Shown here: piece after piece, positions 53,504 to 61,299 of the stretch | Numbering within the stretch: position 1 is the stretch's first letter | Layout: every line of letters begins with the position of its first letter | From: a virus | Reading direction: 5' to 3' (one strand) | Length of the DNA stretch: 64,000 nucleotides | Virus record (IMG/VR): IMGVR_UViG_3300030114_000522 | Notes under the pieces: model-generated | Database searches by the model: none | Seen by the model: the letters and a program-made list of their open reading frames with translations, nothing else | Told to the model about the DNA's origin: nothing | Program-made: the position numbers and the translations under genes

Positions 53504-54106
53504 TCATAATATTTTTTCTACTATTCCAAGTTCTAATGCTAAATTACTATCTATTACATAATCCCAAGATTCTTTATATATAGTATCTAATAATTCATCA
53601 GTCATTTTTGTATGGTCTTTAATTACCTTTTTACTTAACTTCCATAATCTTTCAAGTTCATCACTTTCTCTTTTAAACTTTACTGCTTCTCCTAGCATAC
53701 CACCACTAGGTTGATGACAAAGAAAACTTGAATATTTATAACATAATCTTTTACTACCACATAGTCCAATAAGAAAACTCATTGAAGCACTCATTCCACC
53801 TGTAACGGTAATTATTTCATATCCTTCTAATATCATAGATTCTATAACACTACATAAAAAGAAACCTTGATAACAAATTCCTCCTGGACTATTACATATT
53901 ATAGTAATCGGTTGTCTATCTTTTGCTTCAACATTCTTTAATTCATCTATCTTTTTTATTTTATTTAAACTATAAATTACTTTTGTAACAGAAATTTCAT
54001 CAACTTCTTCATTAAACCAAATCTTTCTGTTTTTCAAAAAATCATTGGTAATCATCTCATTATATACAGAATCAATTGGCTGATATTGTATTCCCATATG
54101 TATCAC
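53504..54106 (-). CDS. clpP: ClpP-family protease
   Basis: NSPGG, ASMS (Ser), HQP (His), WD (Asp), ALELG.V. Confidence 0.9.
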   Translation of the reverse strand: MIHMGIQYQPIDSVYNEMITNDFLKNRKIWFNEEVDEISVTKVIYSLNKIKKIDELKNVEAKDRQPITIICNSPGGICYQGFFLCSVIESMILEGYEIITVTGGMSASMSFLIGLCGSKRLCYKYSSFLCHQPSGGMLGEAVKFKRESDELERLWKLSKKVIKDHTKMTDELLDTIYKESWDYVIDSNLALELGIVEKIL

Positions 54107-54138
54107 CTTTTATCCTCATTATTATTTTAATATGTTAT

Positions 54139-55389
54139 TTAGTTTAGCCAAAAATCTTCTTGTCCAGTTTTACCCTTACTTTCTTCAAATGTAAACATAC
54201 TGGCACCTGCTCTTGCAGATTTATGTAATGTCATTGAAAAATCATCAATTCCACATATAGAAGAAACCCTAATACATTGTGCATCTCCAAATTCTCCAAT
54301 ACCTTCAGTTACTAAAGATTGAGAATGTAGATGCCCACCATAAATTAAATCTATTGGTTTCCTATAAATACGTCTAAACCATTTAATAGAATCAATTAGA
54401 TTTTTATCTTCTCCATGATATCCAAATATTTTTACACCCAATATATCAGTATATATAAATGGTAAATCATCATTATGTATTGTAATATTTTTATTATTCT
54501 CAACTCTTAATTCAATAAATTTCATAATTAGTTTATTTACATTCTCGTTAGCAAAATCGCCCTTCTTTCCAGTTAATAAACGCAATTCGTCATGGTTTCC
54601 CCAACATTGGAAATAATCAATATTAACAAATTCACTTAGTCTATTTAACCATGTAGCCATAAATTCACTAAATTCTAATACTGAATCAACAACACCAGTC
54701 TGTAAACTTCTCAATTGTGAAACACGTAAAATTCCGTCAATACAATCTGATAAATTAAATATATTTAAATGTTTTAATTGTTTCTCATTGATTTTATCAA
54801 CCGTTTGGTCAAGTAAATCCCACATTCTTTCTTTAAATATTTCATTATTGTATTCACTAATTATTTCTCCATCAAGTCCTTTAATTAAGCATTCACGTCC
54901 GTAGTGCATATCGCTGATGGTTAAAAGTGATTCTTTCTTTAATTTTTCAATTTTTCTTAATAATGGTACTTCAAAAGGTTTCATTTCTATAATAACCTTT
55001 TCAACATTTTCCCACCATAATTCATCTCTAGCTTGTTCTCTAAGCATTCTATTATATTCTACGTTAATAGTTTGTTGTTTTTTTCTCTCTTTTGATAATT
55101 CCATTTTCTTTAGTTGTAATTCATTTAATATCTTATCTATATCTTCATTTGAATTATTGATTGCCATATTTTCTATTTTGTTTTTATAATATTTTCCAAC
55201 ATTATATCCACCATATTCACTATCATTTGCTTTTCTTAAACTATCTTTATTTCCTTCATAAGATATTAATTCTTTTATATCATCCCACTCTAAATCATCA
55301 GGTCTTTCATTCTTCAATATTTCTACAAGCCTTAATTCATATTCTATATTATCTTCGCCTTGTTTTATTGAATATCTTTCATCTCTCAT
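54139..55389 (-). CDS. yonJ: YonJ-like calcineurin-like metallophosphoesterase
   Basis: SDMHYG, DCIDG, GNHD, HGE, GHLH motifs with N-terminal coiled coil. Confidence 0.8.
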   Translation of the reverse strand: MRDERYSIKQGEDNIEYELRLVEILKNERPDDLEWDDIKELISYEGNKDSLRKANDSEYGGYNVGKYYKNKIENMAINNSNEDIDKILNELQLKKMELSKERKKQQTINVEYNRMLREQARDELWWENVEKVIIEMKPFEVPLLRKIEKLKKESLLTISDMHYGRECLIKGLDGEIISEYNNEIFKERMWDLLDQTVDKINEKQLKHLNIFNLSDCIDGILRVSQLRSLQTGVVDSVLEFSEFMATWLNRLSEFVNIDYFQCWGNHDELRLLTGKKGDFANENVNKLIMKFIELRVENNKNITIHNDDLPFIYTDILGVKIFGYHGEDKNLIDSIKWFRRIYRKPIDLIYGGHLHSQSLVTEGIGEFGDAQCIRVSSICGIDDFSMTLHKSARAGASMFTFEESKGKTGQEDFWLN

Positions 55390-55429
55390 AACTTTCTCCC
55401 TTTATTATTATTTTAATTTATTCTTATGT

Positions 55430-55624
55430 CTATAGTTTAATTAATTCTTCATTTCCACATTTTGAACAATATATTATAATTGTATCTGCATCAACTCTAT
55501 CGAAGTCATTTTTATTAATGTATTCATCAATATTTAATAAATTTTTGCAACCTGTACACTTTTGAGTTTTTTGTCTTTTTCTTTTCATTCTATTACTTTC
55601 TCTTCCATCATCTTTTAATGTCAT
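55430..55624 (-). CDS. small zinc-ribbon protein
   Basis: CTGC...CSKC. Confidence 0.65.
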   Translation of the reverse strand: MTLKDDGRESNRMKRKRQKTQKCTGCKNLLNIDEYINKNDFDRVDADTIIIYCSKCGNEELIKL

Positions 55625-55861
55625 AATAAATCTTTCCTTTACTATTTAGTTTATCTTTTATTTTTAAATATAATAAAAACTACTAAGCATATTATCTACA
55701 ACGTTCTTAGTGGCTTTATTTTATATTCATTCATTAATATCTTCACGCCCATATGGATACCACTAGCCTACGTGAATTTATAATGACTTGTACTTCATCA
55801 TTATAATAATTGGAATCAATTTGAGCATAACCTTAAGGTCATAGGCTTGATTAGGTCTTGT

Positions 55862-55947
55862 TGGTGGGAATTGATGGAGTTAAACCACCCGAGTATTTAA
55901 ACAACAGATTTACAGTCTGCCCCGCTATCCCTACGGTATAAATTCCC
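55862..55947 (-). tRNA. tRNA-Tyr (GTA) with encoded CCA
   Basis: acceptor GGGAATT/AATTCCC-ACCA; anticodon arm GCAGA-CTGTAAA-TCTGT; long variable arm. Confidence 0.9.
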
Positions 55948-55949
55948 AT

Positions 55950-57030
55950 ATTAAAAGTAAGCTTAACGTACTTACCATGATTGTATTACGACTAATAACC
56001 TATTAGTTATATGATACATATATAAGATGTATAGAACTTCATGTATCTCTAGTTCCTAGAAAACTAAGTTTAATCTAATTAAATAATCTAATCAATCTAG
56101 AGTGACCAATTAGTTTCGATGGTACAGAGATTAAAACTCCTCCATCTTTTAATGTTATTTTTCTACAATAGACAATATACTAAATAACTTTCCCTATTTT
56201 TATCGTTGTTAAGGCACAACTACAGTCACTTTCGTACTGCTGATTTTCTATTTAATTACATATAAATTCTCGCAAGAACTTATAATTTATTTGAATATTT
56301 TCTTTCAGACTATTAGTCCTATTCAAGTTGTGGTAAATATTCAACCCTTGTAAAGTTAATTAAACACCTAATCTTGAAACGATATTTAATTTATTACTTA
56401 ATAGATATACATTGTTATCTATTGTGTTACAGTTTCTCACTTTAGATAAATCATGGTAGGGAATCACCAAAATTCTATTATTCCCATATGGGCTAAATTC
56501 TTCTTCTTTTGAGCATCTAACTCAATTCAATATTTGTTGGGATTCTATACCCATTCTTAAATCAGTCGGCGTAAAGCCTTTTAAATAAATCACAAGTCCA
56601 AGAAATTACTTTAAAGTAATATGGAACAATATTAAATCTTCATAATCTCACTTGAAGATTGTGCCCTTCAGCTTAAATTCACTGTTATGTTATTGCAATA
56701 AACATTAATCCATTGTAAATTAGGCATGAATCAAACCTATCATTCTTATAACTCACTATATTACACGTTGGTTTTATAGTTACTAACCTCAGATATGATT
56801 AAGTTTAAAAATGTAACCCGTTTGCCATCCTTTGATTACCCATATTAATTTGGCATATCTGCTTTTCTGCAATCGCCCACCAATTGAGTTGTAACTATCT
56901 CCTCTTTCAATCAATCTACTAGTCTGATTGTAGATAGTTCCCATTTTATATATTAACCACCATTCCACAGTCAATATATTATTTGATTTAAAAGCCGATG
57001 ATTACTATGTAAAAATCAGTTGCTTTTTCT
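55950..57030 (-). ncRNA. candidate large structured ncRNA (GOLLD/ROOL-like context, family not identified)
   Basis: no credible ORF; dense hairpins, GNRA loops, long-range helix; adjacent to tRNA. Confidence 0.6.
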
Positions 57031-57313
57031 ATAACTTGATAGATAAGCTTATAAAATTGTTGTTTTAATGTATTGCTTTATTTCCATTTCTATTAACACT
57101 CCTTAATAGAAATAAATATTTTATTAAATTGCATAGGATGGTCGGTGTATCCATCATTTCAGATACTCTTTCGAGTGCGTAGAGAACCATTTTCTACTTC
57201 TATACAATTCATTGATTCTGTGGCTGGATTTATGTTATTGCTAACTACCCTATCCACCCATTATTTAGTCAAATATCATAATAATGAGTATCTGCTAATA
57301 TTATATTTACAAA

Positions 57314-57532
57314 TTATTCTTCTTCTTTAGCTTCCTTTTCAACTTTATCAGAAATTGAAATTTTTATATAAGAGTCTCCAAATTTCTTTAAATACTTGTA
57401 AAGGTCAACTTCTCCCTCATCTTCTACTTCTAAAATAAACATACCTTCTTGTAGATTGTCTACGTTTAATGTACCTTCTGCTTTAAATTGGTGGTCAGTT
57501 ATTATCTTTTCTTGTACTTTTGATTTAGCCAT
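57314..57532 (-). CDS. yonK: YonK-family protein
   Basis: MAKSK...F...G.L...ILE......L...L..F....IKISI; synteny with yonJ. Confidence 0.7.
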   Translation of the reverse strand: MAKSKVQEKIITDHQFKAEGTLNVDNLQEGMFILEVEDEGEVDLYKYLKKFGDSYIKISISDKVEKEAKEEE

Positions 57533-57711
57533 TTTATTTATCTCCTTCTACTTCTATAGTTTTTAATTTATTTTTATTTTCATTTAGAATTTTAACCATC
57601 TTATTTGTGATGTTGTTTATTGATTGATAATTAAATCTTTGTAACTGGCGTTTAGTTGAATTTTTCATTTTATTTTCTCTCCTTTAATATGTTAAGTATT
57701 TGTTTAATTTG

Positions 57712-59202
57712 TTATAATGTTATTTGCATATTTTTATAAGATGAAATAACTTTTGTTGTTCTATTAATTTTACTCAATTCAATATCTGATAATCTTTTTA
57801 ATTCAGCTTTAGCTTCACTTGAACCATGCTGAAGTATAACTTTTTGGCAATTGCATTGTTTTATGTAGTTTAAAATGTCTTTTTGTGATGCATGACTACT
57901 AAATGAATAATATCTTTTTACAATACATCTCTTTTTCAATGTATTTCCATCAATATTAACCACATCAATATTATCATCTAATAATTGTCCTCCAACTGTA
58001 TTAGGTGAACAATATCCACAAAATAATATTCCATTATGTGAATCTTGTAACATTTGTTTTGCAAATAAATTACTAAAACCTCCACTAACCATCCCACTAC
58101 TAGATAAAACTAAATAACTTTGAGTTTTAGAAGTAATAAAAGCTTCACAACTTTTTCCATCATTTATGAATTTAAAAGCTTTCCAATTCATAACTTCGTC
58201 CCAATAAGCCAAATCTTCATCATTTAAAACTTCATACATTTTATCATTTATTTTCTTACCTAAATTTGTTGCAATAACAATTGGTTTAGACATATCCCAT
58301 CTATCTTTAAATGTATCATATAACCAACACATCATATTACTCAAACGAGATAAGGCAAAACAAGGAATCATACAAGAATAATTATAATTGAGAAAACCCA
58401 ATATATCTTTTTCTAATTGCTTTCTTTCTTCTATACAAATTCTCTTGTTGAAATTTCTATCTCCTAATCCATAAGTACTTTCTATAAAAAGTATATTTGT
58501 ATTTGATACTGGAACTGTTGGTTCTGTAAAATATGTAAATGAATAATTATCAGTATTTCCTAAGTCACTTGTTATTGTTATTTTCTTTGTTATATTTGTT
58601 TTATGCTTTTTTATAAAAATTTCTAATTGTGTAGAACCAAGTATATGTGAGTTATTTGTAAATCTAAAAGATAAACAATCATCTAAATAATGTATATTGT
58701 CTAAATCATATATATTCATCATATTCATTGTATTATCTAAATCTTTCTCAACAAATAATTCTTTTACATTTCCTTTTATTTTCTTTTTGAATTTATCTTT
58801 ATTTTCTCTCAGATATGCACAATTTTTCATATGAATCTTAATACAATCTTTAAGCATGGGCTTTGATAATATTGCATTTGTTTGTGTAGTTATTATTTTA
58901 CCTTTAAATCCCATTGAAGATAATGCTGGAAATAATCCAATATGATCACAATGTAAATGAACCATGAAGCAATAATCAGACTCTTTAATTGGTATATTCT
59001 CTAACATTTGCTTATTAAGAATATATTCATCAGCCATATCATTGTTTTGTATCATGCCTAATTCAACCAAAATACACTTTCTACCTGTGTCTGATAAATA
59101 TGAAATACTCATATTACTACCTACTACTTCTTCTGATTGATTCCCATTTAAACTTATTACAATTTCATTTTCTTTATTTTTACCTCCCATGATTTTCCCC
59201 AT
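57712..59202 (-). CDS. metallo-beta-lactamase/beta-CASP nuclease
   Basis: HLHCDH, SHILG, SDLG, ESTYG, SSSGM, GY, FSSHA, QHG. Confidence 0.9.
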   Translation of the reverse strand: MGKIMGGKNKENEIVISLNGNQSEEVVGSNMSISYLSDTGRKCILVELGMIQNNDMADEYILNKQMLENIPIKESDYCFMVHLHCDHIGLFPALSSMGFKGKIITTQTNAILSKPMLKDCIKIHMKNCAYLRENKDKFKKKIKGNVKELFVEKDLDNTMNMMNIYDLDNIHYLDDCLSFRFTNNSHILGSTQLEIFIKKHKTNITKKITITSDLGNTDNYSFTYFTEPTVPVSNTNILFIESTYGLGDRNFNKRICIEERKQLEKDILGFLNYNYSCMIPCFALSRLSNMMCWLYDTFKDRWDMSKPIVIATNLGKKINDKMYEVLNDEDLAYWDEVMNWKAFKFINDGKSCEAFITSKTQSYLVLSSSGMVSGGFSNLFAKQMLQDSHNGILFCGYCSPNTVGGQLLDDNIDVVNIDGNTLKKRCIVKRYYSFSSHASQKDILNYIKQCNCQKVILQHGSSEAKAELKRLSDIELSKINRTTKVISSYKNMQITL

Positions 59203-59309
59203 CCACCCACCGATATAAACGGCATATATTTTTATTTTAACTTATTTTTAACTTAGGAGGACAGAATAAACTATATCTAATCAAATCCTCCCAATATTCC
59301 TAAACTGTC

Positions 59310-59591
59310 TTATAATTTAACTTTAATATCTATAAAAGATACTCCATCTTTTTCTTTTTTAGTGAATTTTAAAGCACCTAACTTTATATATTCTCCAACT
59401 TCTAATGGTTCTCCATAACTTTCAATCAATCCATTAACATATTCATTAATATCATCTACAACCTTTTCTTCTTCCACTTTTGCAATTCTGACTTGTTCTG
59501 CTTTTGATTTAAATTCAGTCCCTTTTGTGAATAACTCTATCTTCTTATCTTTTCTAATTTGTCCCATTTTATAATCTCCTCTTTCTTTCAT
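59310..59591 (-). CDS. small basic protein, possibly a divergent HU-like DNA-binding protein
   Basis: GE.IKL..LKF.KKE resembles the HU beta-arm; position similar to SPbeta yonN. Confidence 0.4.
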   Translation of the reverse strand: MKERGDYKMGQIRKDKKIELFTKGTEFKSKAEQVRIAKVEEEKVVDDINEYVNGLIESYGEPLEVGEYIKLGALKFTKKEKDGVSFIDIKVKL

Positions 59592-59672
59592 CTTAATTTT
59601 GTTATTATTTTAATATATTTTAAAATCACTTTAACTTTAAATAAAGCGGTGATTTTATTAACTTTTAATTTG

Positions 59673-60155
59673 TTATCTACCATTTAATAATTTTATAATT
59701 CGTATTTGTTGTTCATCTGATATATGATTCCATGCACCACAAATATCATTTAATATATATCCAAAACTATCTTTATTAGGTTCTGCAAATATCTTATATC
59801 CAACTATATCTTCTATAGAATTTAATGTTTTATCATCCATAGAAATATCATTAGTAATTTCTTTTTCAATCTTGTAAATCTTGTGTTCTCTAATATCCTC
59901 ATCTTTTTGTTGCCATGTTGAAACTACTTCTTGAAAATCATCGTCTATTTTCATTTGATAATGTGAATACATATCTGTCCATATATTTTCTTTTCTTATT
60001 AATTCTAAAACTCTTTCATAAGCTTGAATTAAATTTTTATATGTATTTTCCTTTTCGTTGTTTCTGGCTTCGGTAATCTTTTCTTCTAAAACTATTTTTT
60101 CATTTTCTAGAAATTTATTTATCATATTTATTATCTCCTTGATGTCGGTCATCAC
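59673..60155 (-). CDS. hypothetical protein
   Basis: 160-aa ORF. Confidence 0.6.
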   Translation of the reverse strand: MMTDIKEIINMINKFLENEKIVLEEKITEARNNEKENTYKNLIQAYERVLELIRKENIWTDMYSHYQMKIDDDFQEVVSTWQQKDEDIREHKIYKIEKEITNDISMDDKTLNSIEDIVGYKIFAEPNKDSFGYILNDICGAWNHISDEQQIRIIKLLNGR

Positions 60156-60447
60156 CCAATATATTTTAAAACAACATTTAAGTTGAATTAATCATTTTAT
60201 ATTACTCTAATATATTATTAAATTTTAGTCACCCCACACATCTATTATCTTTTCTCTCTAAGACGTAGTTACCTGTTAGTAAACTACGTCAAAGGAGAGA
60301 GAAAGGTTAGAAAGTATTTTATAAAGAATAAAAGGGGATAGAGTAAAAATGTTGAGTATTTTATAATAACACTATACTAATAGGAGGTTACACATACTCA
60401 TTATAAATAAAAATTGAAATTTTATTTAAAGCTAGTGATATAGTCAT

Positions 60448-61299
60448 TTATAAAGGTTTTCTGCTTTCTTCCTTTTTAATTTGTTTACATAAATTTGTTT
60501 GTTTTTGTTTAAATTTTTTTGCACAATCTAAACATTTTTTTTGATTATTTGCTTTTTGTTTGAACAAACTTCTACATTCTTCACATGATTTTATTTTATT
60601 CTCGCCTTTGTAGTAATCAAATATATTACCTAAATTATCAAAATCTTTATTTTTTAATTCATAAAATATCTCTCCATCTTGGCTAATGTCTTTTAAACAA
60701 TCTAGACATATTAATCCACTATGATTATCTAAAGAACTTACTAAACCTTTTTTAACTAATTCATTAATCATATCATCTACTTTATATGTATAATATTTTC
60801 CATCAACTTCATATTTGCCAGTTATATTAGCTAATTTAAATATTTCTTTAAACTTTTTAGAACTTCCACCTATATATAAAGATAGTTTTTTATTTTCCTC
60901 AGTTTGTTGTGGCTGAATTTTTGATAGTTCAAATGATATCTTCTTACTAATCAACATAGATAATAATAGTTTTTTATGTTCATATTCAATATCTATTTTA
61001 TCTATATGTTCTAATTCACTTCTCATAATAGCAATTGAATCCAATACTATTAAATTATTATTCTTTTTTCTACCATCCCTTACTGCACCATCTATAGTTT
61101 TATAGTATTTTATTTTATTAAATTTATTTATATACCTTTCACAAAAATCATAAACTTCTGTTTCTGTATCTTTTTTAGTTTTTCCTAATTCTTTTAAATA
61201 CTTTACTAGTATAACTAATTCATATTTTATAAATCTTGTTTGAAATCCTTCTTCATATATTTTCTTCGCATATTCACGTTCATTATACTTATATTCCAT
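60448..61299 (-). CDS. YonO-adjacent hypothetical protein with C-terminal zinc finger
   Basis: CEEC...KKCLDC; abuts the RNAP stop codon with a GAGGAGG RBS. Confidence 0.75.
   Translation of the reverse strand: MEYKYNEREYAKKIYEEGFQTRFIKYELVILVKYLKELGKTKKDTETEVYDFCERYINKFNKIKYYKTIDGAVRDGRKKNNNLIVLDSIAIMRSELEHIDKIDIEYEHKKLLLSMLISKKISFELSKIQPQQTEENKKLSLYIGGSSKKFKEIFKLANITGKYEVDGKYYTYKVDDMINELVKKGLVSSLDNHSGLICLDCLKDISQDGEIFYELKNKDFDNLGNIFDYYKGENKIKSCEECRSLFKQKANNQKKCLDCAKKFKQKQTNLCKQIKKEESRKPL

Noticed and set aside
57128-57208. Hammerhead ribozyme suggested by CUGA and GAAA
   Set aside because: No CUGANGA core and GAAA does not follow stem II; the same applies to the 31.75 kb leader
56789-57330. 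61-aa ORFs at 56789..56974 and 57145..57330
   Set aside because: Non-ATG starts, no RBS, and they overlap strong RNA helices
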